Of a stretch of 64,000 nucleotides of DNA, positions 30,655-41,616 are shown piece by piece (within the stretch, counting starts at the first letter, position 1; each line of letters opens with the position of its first letter). Where the stretch lies: NCBI GenBank assembly GCA_037137535.1, contig JBAXKC010000004.1, positions 32,001 to 96,000 of the forward strand, read 5' to 3'. A model generated the notes under the pieces. That model searched no databases. It saw only the letters and a list, made by a program, of their open reading frames with translations, and was not told the origin of the DNA. The stretch is from a bacterium. GTDB lineage: Bacteria > Cyanobacteriota > Vampirovibrionia > Gastranaerophilales > JBAXKC01. The position numbers and the translations under genes are program-made.

Positions 30655-33600
30655 CTAATTCCCACTATCCAAAGAACAAATATCCAATTCAACCGAATTC
30701 CCATGACGAGTTTGGATTTCTCTGCATAAGTCGTTACAGGCGTTTATCCAGAAAGTACTTGAGGCTAGGACTTTTATTGCACTATCTTTTCCGCCTACAT
30801 TGAACACAACGGGATCAGAGCCTTTATGCTTTACCATTAAGTCTTTCAGAGCCATGATTTCTTCAAATTTTGTTTCATCTGAAATGTTAACATTAACAAT
30901 ATTGCAGTTTTCAACCATTCTTACTTCATTTATTGCAATGCTTATTGTTACTTCTTCATCGCCCCTGTGTTGCAGTTTTCCGCCTAACACAACTTTGCAT
31001 TCAGGTTCAAGATAAGCATTATATTTGTTTAAGACTTCGCTAAACGCAACAAAATCAACACTTCCCGTTAAATCTTCAAGCTGTCCGACTTTTAACATTT
31101 TGTTTGTCTTAGTTGTTATAAGCCTGACAGAGCTTATAAGTCCGCAAACCGTTACATAAGTGCCTTCTTTAATTTCTGATAACTCGGCAACGCTGTGAGT
31201 GGTTAAAAACGGTAAATGCTCTTTAATACTCGAAAGTGGGTGACTGGTTACATAAAAACCAAGTAATTCTTTTTCATAGCCCTGTATTTCGGAATCGGTA
31301 AACTCTTCATCTCCGCCCGAAAGAGTAAATTCCATTGTGGTATCTCCGCCAAAAAGGCTTATCTGTCCGCTTTTTTGTGCTTCTTGATGTCTTGTTGCGG
31401 AGCTAATCGCACCATCAATATTATTTAAAAGTTTTTTTCTACTAGGCTCAATACTGCTATATGCACCTGATTTTATTAAACTTTCAATTGTTCTTTTATT
31501 AAGACATTTTAAATCAACTCTTTTACAAAAATCATAAAAGCCCTCAAATGGCGTGATTGTTCTCTCTTTTACAATTTCTTCAACAACACCCCCACCAACG
31601 TTTTTAACCGAGGCAAGCCCAAATCTTATATTAGTCCCATCGGGAGTGAAATCATTATTTGAATAATTCACATCAGGCGGTAATACTTCCATTCCAAGCT
31701 TTTGAGCCTCTGAAATATACTGTTGAATCTTATCCTGATTGTTGCTTACGCTAGAAAGCAATGCTGACATATATTCAACCGGATAATGAGCCTTTAAATA
31801 TGCTGTCTGATAAGCAAGCATAGCATATGCCGCTGAGTGAGATCGGTTAAAGCAATATGCTGCGAATTCTGTCATTGTGTCAAAAAGTTCACTTGCCATC
31901 TTTTGATCGACATTATTTTTTTCAGAGCCGTCAAGAAATAAAGCCCTTTGCATATCCATTTCTTCAGCTTTTTTCTTACCCATCGCACGTCTTAAAATAT
32001 CCGCCTGTCCAAGCGAATAGCCTGCAAGCGAACGTGCAATCTGCATAATTTGTTCCTGATAAACGATAGTTCCATATGTATCGCCTAAAATAGGTTCTAA
32101 GGCAGGATGTTTATACTCAACTTTTGCTCTTCCATGCTTTCTTTGCACGAAATCCTTTACCATCCCTGAATTTAAAGGACCTGGGCGGAAAAGTGCAACC
32201 AAAGCGCCTAAATCTTCAAACACCGAAGGCTTTAAATCTTTTACAAGAGCCTTCATACCAGATGATTCCAGCTGAAATACACCGTCAGTTTCTCCACGAG
32301 AAAGCATTTCATAGGTTTTTTCATCTTCAAGAGAAATATAATCTATCTCAAGTTTTTCACCAGTACGCTTTTTAATAAGCTGAATTGTACTATCAATAAT
32401 GGTAAGGTTCCGTAATCCCAAAAAGTCCATTTTAAGCAAGCCGAGCTTTTCAATATCAGACATAGGGTATTCTGTAATAATAATTCCTTCTTTTGATTTC
32501 TGAACAGGTACAAGGTCAGAAAGAGGATCTCTCGCAATAATAACACCTGCTGCGTGAGTTCCTATGTTAAATTTAATACCTTCTACCGACTTTGCAAAGT
32601 CAACCAGTTCTTTAACCCTTGGATCACTGTCATATGCTTTTCTCAAATCCATACCGACTTCTAAAGCATCGTCAATACGAATTTTAGGAATGGTCGGAAT
32701 CATTTTTGCAAGTTTATCCGATTCAGCATAAGGAATATCGAGAACCCTTGCAACCCCTTTTAAAGCAGCTTTTGCTGCAAGTGTGCCAAAGGTGATAATC
32801 TGACAAACTCTATCTTCCCCATATTTTTGAGAAACATATTCGATTACTTTTTCACGTCTATCAATACAAAAGTCGATATCGACGTCGGGCATACTTACCC
32901 TCTCAGGATTTAAAAATCTTTCAAAAAGGAGGTTATGTCTGATTGGGTCGATATTTGTAATTCCAAGCACATAAGCGATTAAACTTCCTGCCGCAGAACC
33001 CCTACCCGGACCTACGGGAATATCATTTTCCCGAGCAAATTTTATAAAATCCCAAACAATAAGGAAGTAGGCAGCAAACCCCATTTCTTCAATAATTTTA
33101 AGCTCAAACTTAAAACGCTCCTCAATTGCAGGAGTAATTTCAGCGTATCTCGCCTCTAATCCTTCCCTTGAAACCTTATTAAGATATGATTCAACGGTGT
33201 GATTAGCAGGAATAGGATAATCAGGCAATACAGATTTGCCCATTTCAATTATGAGTTTACATTTATCCGCTATATCAATTGTATTTTGAATAGATTTATT
33301 AAAAGTTTCATCATCAAGCCACCCAAAAAATGGTCTTAATTCTTCGGGAGTTTTTAAATAAAATTCTTGATTTGGAAATTTAAAACGCCCTGGGTCATTC
33401 TTAGTTTTACCCGTTTGAAGACAAATCAGAATATCATGACATTCAGCATCTTCTTTTCTGAGATAATGGCTATCATTAGTTATAACAGTAGGGATATCAA
33501 GTTCTTTTGCCAGTTTTAAAAGCTGAGGATTAACTCTTTGCTGCTCCGGCATCCCATGATCTTGTAATTCTATATAGTAATCATCGCCAAAATGATTTTT

Positions 33601-34086
33601 ATACCACTCCGCAGTAGTTTTAGCCTTTTCATATTCATCTTTGTAGATATATCTTGAAATTTCACCGCCAAGACAAGCTGAAAGACAGATTAATCCTTCA
33701 CTGTATTGCTCAAGAAGAGCTTTATTAATTCTTGGCTTATAGTAAAACCCATCAACATGTGAAATAGACACCAGTTTTACTAAATTTTTATAGCCTTCAT
33801 TGCTTTTACACAATAAAACAAGGTGATAACTTTCTTTATTGTCGGCTTTTTTCTCTTTAATATCACCGTCAATAATATAGACCTCACAACCGACAATCGG
33901 GTGAACTCCCATTTCCTTTGCAGTTTTATAAAATTCGATAGCACCATACATAACACCATGATCTGTTATCGCTACCGCAGGCATATCATTAGCTTTTGCA
34001 AATTTAACAAGGTCTTTAATCCTTGTTGCTCCGTCTAAAAGACTATATTCAGTATGTAAATGCAAAGGAACATAAGGTGTTGGCAT
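30655..34086 (-). CDS. dnaE: DNA polymerase III alpha subunit (continuous, no intein)
   Basis: PHP LHLHTEYSLLDG, GRGSAAGS, PDVDIDF and FNRSHS motifs. Confidence 0.98.
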   Translation of the reverse strand: MPTPYVPLHLHTEYSLLDGATRIKDLVKFAKANDMPAVAITDHGVMYGAIEFYKTAKEMGVHPIVGCEVYIIDGDIKEKKADNKESYHLVLLCKSNEGYKNLVKLVSISHVDGFYYKPRINKALLEQYSEGLICLSACLGGEISRYIYKDEYEKAKTTAEWYKNHFGDDYYIELQDHGMPEQQRVNPQLLKLAKELDIPTVITNDSHYLRKEDAECHDILICLQTGKTKNDPGRFKFPNQEFYLKTPEELRPFFGWLDDETFNKSIQNTIDIADKCKLIIEMGKSVLPDYPIPANHTVESYLNKVSREGLEARYAEITPAIEERFKFELKIIEEMGFAAYFLIVWDFIKFARENDIPVGPGRGSAAGSLIAYVLGITNIDPIRHNLLFERFLNPERVSMPDVDIDFCIDRREKVIEYVSQKYGEDRVCQIITFGTLAAKAALKGVARVLDIPYAESDKLAKMIPTIPKIRIDDALEVGMDLRKAYDSDPRVKELVDFAKSVEGIKFNIGTHAAGVIIARDPLSDLVPVQKSKEGIIITEYPMSDIEKLGLLKMDFLGLRNLTIIDSTIQLIKKRTGEKLEIDYISLEDEKTYEMLSRGETDGVFQLESSGMKALVKDLKPSVFEDLGALVALFRPGPLNSGMVKDFVQRKHGRAKVEYKHPALEPILGDTYGTIVYQEQIMQIARSLAGYSLGQADILRRAMGKKKAEEMDMQRALFLDGSEKNNVDQKMASELFDTMTEFAAYCFNRSHSAAYAMLAYQTAYLKAHYPVEYMSALLSSVSNNQDKIQQYISEAQKLGMEVLPPDVNYSNNDFTPDGTNIRFGLASVKNVGGGVVEEIVKERTITPFEGFYDFCKRVDLKCLNKRTIESLIKSGAYSSIEPSRKKLLNNIDGAISSATRHQEAQKSGQISLFGGDTTMEFTLSGGDEEFTDSEIQGYEKELLGFYVTSHPLSSIKEHLPFLTTHSVAELSEIKEGTYVTVCGLISSVRLITTKTNKMLKVGQLEDLTGSVDFVAFSEVLNKYNAYLEPECKVVLGGKLQHRGDEEVTISIAINEVRMVENCNIVNVNISDETKFEEIMALKDLMVKHKGSDPVVFNVGGKDSAIKVLASSTFWINACNDLCREIQTRHGNSVELDICSLDSGN

Positions 34087-34151
34087 TTTTAATAAATCCG
34101 ACTAGTTAATCTATTATAATTGTGTCAAAAAATCAGAATATTGGAAAGAGT

Positions 34152-35513
34152 TTAATTAGCAATCTCTATTTTCTTCTCTGCTTCTTTCTTGCAAACACCC
34201 AAATTTTCAAGTAACACACTACCTATAAATTTGCTTTGTTCCTTTGGAGAAATAGGTTTACCATCGGACAATAATGGTCGATATAACTCCCCATCGATGC
34301 AATTATATTTTGAAGAATCCAAACTGAAAAAATATTCGGACATTTCCTTATTGGTATTTTCAGGTGTAAAATTCCCTCTACTTACAAGCATATTTTGAGT
34401 ATTTGAATCGTATTTAAAATTAATAGGCTCTCCTATTTCAATTCCTCCAATTCCTGAATGTAGCTCTTTATTTTCAGCCGAAACAACTTTTTTATAAGAA
34501 AAACCAATCGGAACAACCTTTACGCCTGCTTTTCTTTTTCTTGCAATTAAACTTACCATTTCAGCTATACCGGGCTGAAATGCTTCATTCATATCAAGAT
34601 CGTTAAACATGCACATTTTGCCTTCGGGGAAAATAAATATATGCTTTCTCTCAGCCTTATCAGCTTGTTGCGTCTTACAAAAACTCTTAACTAATTCCAT
34701 CATTGAGGTCTCATTTTTTTTACCTTTTGATCGAAATAATTGCGCATCTACTCCAACAAAACCAACAGCCTTATAAAGCTCTTTCATCTTATCATTTGCT
34801 CTTGAAAAGAAGCTATCCTCTACAATAATGGCGGGCCTGGGACAGTCCGCAGCCTTTCCTGCACTTAAATACTCTTTATAAAATAAAGTTAAAAAATCAG
34901 CAAAAAGAGAAGTAGACTCTTTGGGCCTATGATTCATTATAAATATATATTGCTCATCAGAATTAACAAGAGCCGAAAGCTTATTTTTTTCAAGATTAAC
35001 TTCCAAGTCGGTCGCACCATTTTTTAAGGTTATTAGACCTCGCTTAACATCTATAGCATTAAGTAATTTAGGAATATACTCATGGCTTGATTTATCAACT
35101 GAAGTAACATCTGAATGTACTTTTCCAATATCAGTTTTCATATATTTAAAAAATACACCTTCTTCTATTGCTTTTGTAAAGTTACGAATCCCGTCATATA
35201 ATGACTCCAATTGACTGGCAACACTGCGGATAAATCCTTTTTCTCTTTTTAAAACAGGCAATTCCTGACTAAGACTTACCATATCTGACGGAGATTTAAA
35301 AGGATATTTTTCGCCAAGAGATAATAAAAGATTATTAACTAATTTCCCTTGTCCGTACACAACCTTATTTATAGGCATCATAACAGCATGACTTGTAACA
35401 CTCAAAGCTAAATCAGTCGGAGCTATATTTTTCATCTGACTTATATCAATATTTTTAACAGGTATTCTTATTCTTGCTGAAAAAGACAAATAAGAATTAT
35501 TTCTAGCTAACAT
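34152..35513 (-). CDS. PlsC/LPLAT-like acyltransferase with long N-terminal extension
   Basis: IFIMNH, IFIFPEG and VVPIG blocks; the canonical HX4D Asp is not present. Confidence 0.7.
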   Translation of the reverse strand: MLARNNSYLSFSARIRIPVKNIDISQMKNIAPTDLALSVTSHAVMMPINKVVYGQGKLVNNLLLSLGEKYPFKSPSDMVSLSQELPVLKREKGFIRSVASQLESLYDGIRNFTKAIEEGVFFKYMKTDIGKVHSDVTSVDKSSHEYIPKLLNAIDVKRGLITLKNGATDLEVNLEKNKLSALVNSDEQYIFIMNHRPKESTSLFADFLTLFYKEYLSAGKAADCPRPAIIVEDSFFSRANDKMKELYKAVGFVGVDAQLFRSKGKKNETSMMELVKSFCKTQQADKAERKHIFIFPEGKMCMFNDLDMNEAFQPGIAEMVSLIARKRKAGVKVVPIGFSYKKVVSAENKELHSGIGGIEIGEPINFKYDSNTQNMLVSRGNFTPENTNKEMSEYFFSLDSSKYNCIDGELYRPLLSDGKPISPKEQSKFIGSVLLENLGVCKKEAEKKIEIAN

Positions 35514-35687
35514 TAATTAAACCCTTTATATGTGAATAATAGTAAAATTAGAATTAAACTATAAAATCACCCTGAATTTCAAATATTAAATTCAAAATAA
35601 AAATTTTTACTGTTCTACATAGGTTTAAAAATCAATTAGTATATTTTTCAAATAATTTAAATTAGAAACAAGAATCCTAACTAACTG

Positions 35688-35716
35688 TTGACACCAAATT
35701 ATGATTGTCATAACAT
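35688..35716 (+). promoter_or_regulatory. Sigma-70-type promoter of tRNA-Cys
   Basis: TTGACA-N17-TAACAT. Confidence 0.65.
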
Positions 35717-35741
35717 AATTTAACAATCTAATAAATATTAA

Positions 35742-35812
<71 letters not shown>

Positions 35813-35941
35813 TTTTTAGTGCCTAATATTTTACATTTTCATCAATATGAGCTTTAATAATAGTAATAATTATATTAAACAAATGGGTTAATTCCACATT
35901 TTTAGTGTATAATTGTTTTGTTGATTACAAATAAATTATAA

Positions 35942-37096
35942 ATGGGTATGATGAAAAAGATCGGTTTAATTGCTGCAATAGCACTAATATCATTAAATAC
36001 CACTATTTCACTTCCTGCATTAAGTCAAGTTAATGAGGTTCAAAAGGCTGATGAATATCAAATCAGAACTTACAATCTCCATGTTTCTAACAAATATAAT
36101 GCAAGAAAGTATTTTCTCGGGCCAAATGACATTTTAAGCATAGATGTTTTTGGTGTTGAAGAATTCAAGCAAGAAGATGTGAAAATCCAACCGGACGGTA
36201 AGGTTTTAATTCGTCCATTTGAACCAATTAAAGCATCTGGAATGACAATTGATGAATTACAAAGTTATTTGACAAAAAAATACGATTTTTATGTCAAAGA
36301 CCCTAAAGTGTCAATAAGGCTAACTGAAAGTAGACCTTTTATCGTCTACATTACAGGCGATGTAAGTACTCCCGGAAGTTATGAAATAACAACAGACTCA
36401 AAGGCAGGGAACTATGTCACCAATGCCAAGCCTGAAACACATACAGACAGAAGAGCGCCAATTCTTACAAACGTACTTGTCGCTGCGGGTGGCTTAAAAT
36501 TTGACTCTGACATAGAACATATAAAAATAAAAAATGATCTTGACGGAAGTGAATTTGAAGTAAATTTACTTGATATGCTTGATAAATCAGATACATCTCA
36601 AGATATTTATCTTATGCCTGGTGACAATGTGCATATTCCCAAATTGCCATCACCTCTGTCAATTAGCGAAGATAAATTTAAAAAGTTTGCATCAGCAACT
36701 TTCTGCCCAAAAACCATTCCTATTAAAGTATTCGGTTATGTAAACAACCCTGGGATTATACAACTTGACGTAACTCAATCTCTTGATTTAATGTCAGCAA
36801 TTTCAGGTGCAGGAGGATTTTCAGGCGGTGAAGGGTCAAGACCTAACAGCGGCTCCCCTCCTAAACAAATCTTCATAAGCAGAACTGACGAAAACGGGAA
36901 AGTTGCAACAAAAACGATAAATCCGATGAAGGACAATATTACCATTCTTCCAAACGATATAATATATGTTCCTGATAAAGTAGCGCCAAAAGTAGGAAGA
37001 GCGTTTGACTTCGTATCAAGAATGATTAATCCGTTTTATGTTTATTCCTATACTCACAACAACTTTGATTATATGTTTAATGGACCTAAACGGTAG
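35942..37096 (+). CDS. Polysaccharide export protein (Wza/GumB; Poly_export + SLBB)
   Basis: Signal peptide; YFLGPNDIL, VKIQPDG and SLBB-like G.V..PG repeats. Confidence 0.85.
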   Translation: MGMMKKIGLIAAIALISLNTTISLPALSQVNEVQKADEYQIRTYNLHVSNKYNARKYFLGPNDILSIDVFGVEEFKQEDVKIQPDGKVLIRPFEPIKASGMTIDELQSYLTKKYDFYVKDPKVSIRLTESRPFIVYITGDVSTPGSYEITTDSKAGNYVTNAKPETHTDRRAPILTNVLVAAGGLKFDSDIEHIKIKNDLDGSEFEVNLLDMLDKSDTSQDIYLMPGDNVHIPKLPSPLSISEDKFKKFASATFCPKTIPIKVFGYVNNPGIIQLDVTQSLDLMSAISGAGGFSGGEGSRPNSGSPPKQIFISRTDENGKVATKTINPMKDNITILPNDIIYVPDKVAPKVGRAFDFVSRMINPFYVYSYTHNNFDYMFNGPKR

Positions 37097-37110
37097 AAAG
37101 CAAAGGGATT

Positions 37111-39345
37111 ATGCCTAATCGTATAATTTTACTTATATTTAAAGAAAGCCGCACAATTGCAACCGGACTTGTTCTTGGCTTTTTAATTTTCATCTGTTAT
37201 CTGACTTTCTTTTATAAACCTGTTTATACAGCAGATACTAAACTATACATAAGAAATTTGCCAAAAAATAACATTATTACAAGCTATGGCAATACCCAAG
37301 TCGTCAAATCAGAAAGTGGATATAGTAATCCGCTGTTTAATGTTACCCAAATTATTGAATCAAATCAGGTTGCAGAAAATGTTTATAAAAAAATAAGCAT
37401 TAAATATGCTAATGACCTGAAAAAAATGGGTATGAATAATAAAGCGGAATGGTGTAACTCTTTCAGTTCACTATTAAAGCTTAAAATTGAACCTTCAACC
37501 GATATTATAAAAGTTACATTAAGCTGGAACGACAAAAAAGCAACTGCCGATATTCTTGACATAATTGTCAATGAATTTAAAAATGAAAACCTTAAAATAA
37601 GCAAAGACCTTGAAACGAAACAAAGAGTATTTTTAGACAAAGAGTTAAGCAGAGTAGAAAAAGATCTCCGCAATATCAGACTAAAAGTTAAAAACTACAG
37701 AGAGCAATCTCACTCAATAAGCAATTTAAACGAAGCTGCCGATTTAACTCAAGCAAGAGTATCTCTTGAACAACAAAGAGAACTTATATCCAGCCAAGTA
37801 AGCTATTATGACAAAAAACTTAATAGCCTTGAAAATCAATTAGGGATACCAAATGTAAAAACCGCAATTAAATCAGCTGAAATAGGTATGGATCCTTATC
37901 TGGTACAGTTAAATCAAAACTTAGCTTCATTACAACAACAGCACGCAAAACTTACTTCTAAATTCACAGAAAATTATCCCGATGTTGTTTCAACAAGAAA
38001 TGAAATACTTTCTGTTAAAAAGAACATACTAAAAAGACAAAAAGAAGTATTGCAACATTTTGCGGTATCAAAAGGCATATACAATGATACCTCTGCCAAA
38101 GTCATCGAAGAAATGTCAAGAAGTGAATCCGAAAAAATGGCTCTTAGTGCTCAACTATCAACATTAAAAGCTGGAATTGATCAACTCAAAGGAGAAGAGA
38201 AGCAACTAGCAGGAAAAGATTTCGGACTTGATGAATTAAGAAAAGTTGAGTCTGCTTTACTTACCGCATATACAAACGTAAAAGAAAAACAGCTTGAAGC
38301 GACTATCCTTGAAAATGAAATAATTGATAACGTTGTAATTCTAGGCGGAGCTTCTATTCATTCAAATTCAATAACCTCTATTTTCGGCAAATTGCTTGGA
38401 TTCCTTACATTAGGTTTCCTCGGTTCACTTGCATTTGCATGGATAAAAGAAGAAATTGAAGACAAATGGGTTGACTCAAAAGAAATTGAAATCATTACCG
38501 AAAAGAAAGTTCTTGGTATTATTCCTTGGGTTAAATGCCAACAAGATTTACCAAAAGACTTCGTACTTGAACATGACTCCATTATGGGAGTTGCCTACGG
38601 AAACATGGTTTCAAGTATTATTAGCGAATCTTATCTTAAAGAAGTTCACTCTATCTCATTCTTATCAACAATAGAGGCGAGAGGAAAATCACTAATGATT
38701 CCTAACATAGCCCTTACGCTTGCAAGAATGAACCGTTCGGCGATAGTTGTTGATATTGACTTTATCAGACCTGGAAAACTTTTCAATGACTTTAACATTG
38801 AACCTCCAACGAATAAGCCTGATATCATCAATGTAGTAGATGAAGTAAACCGTGAATTAAGATTACATAAAGCAATTAATAATGATTACTTACAACATAT
38901 TATTGCCAATGCGATAACCCCAATTAATGTAACACTTAAAAACGGAACTGAATTAAATTTCTCTTACTTATGCTCTAATAATGAAGTTCTTAATATAGCC
39001 GATTATGTTGCGACAAAAGGCTTTAAATCAATTATAGACTTCCTTAAAGAACATTATGAATTCATTCTGATTGATACTCCGTCAAGACCGCATATTTATC
39101 CTGAATTCTCTTATATTCCCGAGTTTTCAGACGGAATTGTCATTATGTCGGCAATGGAAACAAACAGAGAAAAACTTATCAACCTTATTGACAAACTTGA
39201 AAAAACAAATACCAACGTACTTGGTATAATTGCCAGAGAGCAAGATTCTGAAATAGAAAATTATTTTAGTACAAAAAAATCAGGCGATTACACATGTACT
39301 CCAATTGGTTGTGATGTAAACGGGAAAAATGAAAAAACTTTATAA
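37111..39345 (+). CDS. Wzc/GumC-like polysaccharide co-polymerase with P-loop domain
   Basis: Two TMs flanking a coiled coil containing YPDV; RGKS, VVDID and ILIDTP motifs. Confidence 0.85.
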   Translation: MPNRIILLIFKESRTIATGLVLGFLIFICYLTFFYKPVYTADTKLYIRNLPKNNIITSYGNTQVVKSESGYSNPLFNVTQIIESNQVAENVYKKISIKYANDLKKMGMNNKAEWCNSFSSLLKLKIEPSTDIIKVTLSWNDKKATADILDIIVNEFKNENLKISKDLETKQRVFLDKELSRVEKDLRNIRLKVKNYREQSHSISNLNEAADLTQARVSLEQQRELISSQVSYYDKKLNSLENQLGIPNVKTAIKSAEIGMDPYLVQLNQNLASLQQQHAKLTSKFTENYPDVVSTRNEILSVKKNILKRQKEVLQHFAVSKGIYNDTSAKVIEEMSRSESEKMALSAQLSTLKAGIDQLKGEEKQLAGKDFGLDELRKVESALLTAYTNVKEKQLEATILENEIIDNVVILGGASIHSNSITSIFGKLLGFLTLGFLGSLAFAWIKEEIEDKWVDSKEIEIITEKKVLGIIPWVKCQQDLPKDFVLEHDSIMGVAYGNMVSSIISESYLKEVHSISFLSTIEARGKSLMIPNIALTLARMNRSAIVVDIDFIRPGKLFNDFNIEPPTNKPDIINVVDEVNRELRLHKAINNDYLQHIIANAITPINVTLKNGTELNFSYLCSNNEVLNIADYVATKGFKSIIDFLKEHYEFILIDTPSRPHIYPEFSYIPEFSDGIVIMSAMETNREKLINLIDKLEKTNTNVLGIIAREQDSEIENYFSTKKSGDYTCTPIGCDVNGKNEKTL

Positions 39346-40924
39346 TATAGATTTAAGGGATGACAACTTATATAAGCTTTTTGAAAGCCGTTTCTTGCTG
39401 CTTTTTACAGGGCTTATATGCGGTGTAGCAGGAGTTAGCTTTTCTGCCGAACTGGGGGTTAATCCCTTTATTCTGTTTTTTGGTATTTTAATAGCTATTT
39501 ATATTGGATTCAGCGGATTAAAAAAGTCCGTCACATCACCTGTGTTTATTTATTTTGTTACGCAATTTATATTTATATGGCTATACATGGACGAAAAAAT
39601 ACTAGGGCACTTTAATTTTTCTGCAAAAGTAAATATGCTCACCCTTGGAATAGCTTCATTTACCACCTTATTTTATTTCTTTAATCACTTTAATTATTTA
39701 TGGAAAAATTTTCCCGCTTTCAGATATTTAACAATATTTTTTGCTATAAATATTCCATATTTCTTCTTATATCATTCCGATTTCAACCTTGCTAACTATA
39801 AAACAGGTTATGATTTAAGATTAAACAGCCAATATGAAGGCTCAAATGCAAATTTCATAGTATTCTTAGACAGTTTATGTCCTTTAATCGGTTATACTGT
39901 TGGATTAATGGTCTTTAAAAATGCTAAAAACTATGCACAAGTGGTTGATACTATGAAAAACATTATAGATAAAACTGCAAAAATATTTTGGATATACTAT
40001 TCTATAATGATTGTTACTGTTCTAATTGGATTTAATACTCCTGAATTTTTTGCAAACAGACTTAGAATCGAATTTATTGGCGATTATGGTCCGCAAATAT
40101 TTTTATCATTATTTTTAATATTATTTTTAGCCTTCAAAATTTATAAAGATAATTTCACCAATGAAACTATAAAATTAAATTTTATTAAACTCGTACCTTT
40201 AATTTTAATTAATACAATATTAATATTTCTGCTTGGAAACAGAACGTCATTAATCGCATTAACGGCATCAACTTCCATCTTTATATTATATGCACTTAAA
40301 TTAGGATTTAAAGTTCAAAGTATAAATCTAAATACCAGAACAAGAAGATTTATTAAAACGGCATTTGAATTAAGCATGATAATTATTCCTGTCTTAATCG
40401 CCTTTTACTTGATTTTCGCAACACCTGAAGCACTAACCAATAAAATAGACGAATTTTTAAACCCTGCAACACTTGATGTAAGAACCAGTAACTGGGATTT
40501 ATTCACAAATGAATGGATAGATAGATTGAATTTCAATACAGCGTTGTTTGGATTTGGGCTAGGAGCATCAAGAGAAACTATATTCTTTGTATCCGCAATG
40601 CAAGGGGTTGGACACCTTGTTCAAACCGTTCACAACCATATAGCAGAAGTTGTTTTTGACTATGGAGCATTAAGTATCTTTTACTTTATGTCTTACTTAT
40701 ATATCTTCTTAAAGAGCCTTATGAATATAAGAAGATACCCTAATTTAAAAATAAAACTCTTTAGCCTTGTAAATGTTTGTTTGATTATATTTTTCTTTAT
40801 CTACCACCAAACAGATGGAATTAAAGTAACAACAGGTTTAATCTTCTTCTCTATGGTAGGTTTTATGGATTCATTAATACATGGGCTTCTTCATAATAAA
40901 GAAGAATATACAAAAATAAAATAA
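39329..40924 (+). CDS. O-antigen ligase/Wzy-like polymerase
   Basis: Multi-TM protein with NRTS, FGFGLG and VHN motifs. Confidence 0.8.
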   Translation: MKKLYNIDLRDDNLYKLFESRFLLLFTGLICGVAGVSFSAELGVNPFILFFGILIAIYIGFSGLKKSVTSPVFIYFVTQFIFIWLYMDEKILGHFNFSAKVNMLTLGIASFTTLFYFFNHFNYLWKNFPAFRYLTIFFAINIPYFFLYHSDFNLANYKTGYDLRLNSQYEGSNANFIVFLDSLCPLIGYTVGLMVFKNAKNYAQVVDTMKNIIDKTAKIFWIYYSIMIVTVLIGFNTPEFFANRLRIEFIGDYGPQIFLSLFLILFLAFKIYKDNFTNETIKLNFIKLVPLILINTILIFLLGNRTSLIALTASTSIFILYALKLGFKVQSINLNTRTRRFIKTAFELSMIIIPVLIAFYLIFATPEALTNKIDEFLNPATLDVRTSNWDLFTNEWIDRLNFNTALFGFGLGASRETIFFVSAMQGVGHLVQTVHNHIAEVVFDYGALSIFYFMSYLYIFLKSLMNIRRYPNLKIKLFSLVNVCLIIFFFIYHQTDGIKVTTGLIFFSMVGFMDSLIHGLLHNKEEYTKIK

Positions 40925-41060
40925 TAAGTCTTTTACTACACTATATAAATGATTTATCGATAAAATAACAAAAATAGTTCTAAAGAATCATAAAATATAA
41001 TCCTCAATAAGCTATGCTACTAAAAGAATATCAGTAGTAGACTAACGGGGAGTTTAATTT

Positions 41061-41492
41061 ATGGTAAGTGGAATTAACAGTCAGCAATATCAAACAGGAC
41101 AAATACAAGGACATCACAAACACAAAAATCCACAGGATATGTTCAATGATTTATCTAAAGATGTTGGTGCTGATGGAACAGGAATTAGTGAAGATCAATT
41201 ACAAACAGCTCTTAAAGAGGCTCAATCAAATGGAGATACCAGAAAAACCAAAATGCTCGGAAGAATGATTGAGGATTTTGATAAACTTTCAGGTGGCAGC
41301 GATAAAATAACAGCCGATAGTATGCAAAAAGCTATGGAATCAATGAGAGGTCATCGTAGACAAGCACCTCAAACTTCTTCAGCAAAAGGTAATTGCCAGC
41401 CATGTTCTAACTGCGGCAGTTGCGGAAAAACTCAAGATCCAAGCACAGTAACTTCTGATCAGCTTAAATTTCCTATTGATATAAGAGTATAA
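41061..41492 (+). CDS. Small hypothetical protein with EF-hand-like loops and CxxCxxCxxC
   Basis: DGTGISEDQL, DKLSGGSDKIT and CQPCSNCGSC; GGGGAG RBS. Confidence 0.75.
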   Translation: MVSGINSQQYQTGQIQGHHKHKNPQDMFNDLSKDVGADGTGISEDQLQTALKEAQSNGDTRKTKMLGRMIEDFDKLSGGSDKITADSMQKAMESMRGHRRQAPQTSSAKGNCQPCSNCGSCGKTQDPSTVTSDQLKFPIDIRV

Positions 41493-41514
41493 AATCGTTA
41501 TATATGAATTAAAC

Positions 41515-41546
41515 AATAGAGATCGCTTAAAAAAGGGGTCTCTATT
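41515..41546 (+). terminator. Hairpin after the 41061 gene
   Basis: AATAGAGA...TCTCTATT. Confidence 0.5.
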
Positions 41547-41616
41547 AATAAATAATATTTTACAGATAATCTGCTATTGCATTAATTAATACGATATAAG
41601 CAATGAAAATGTTAGT

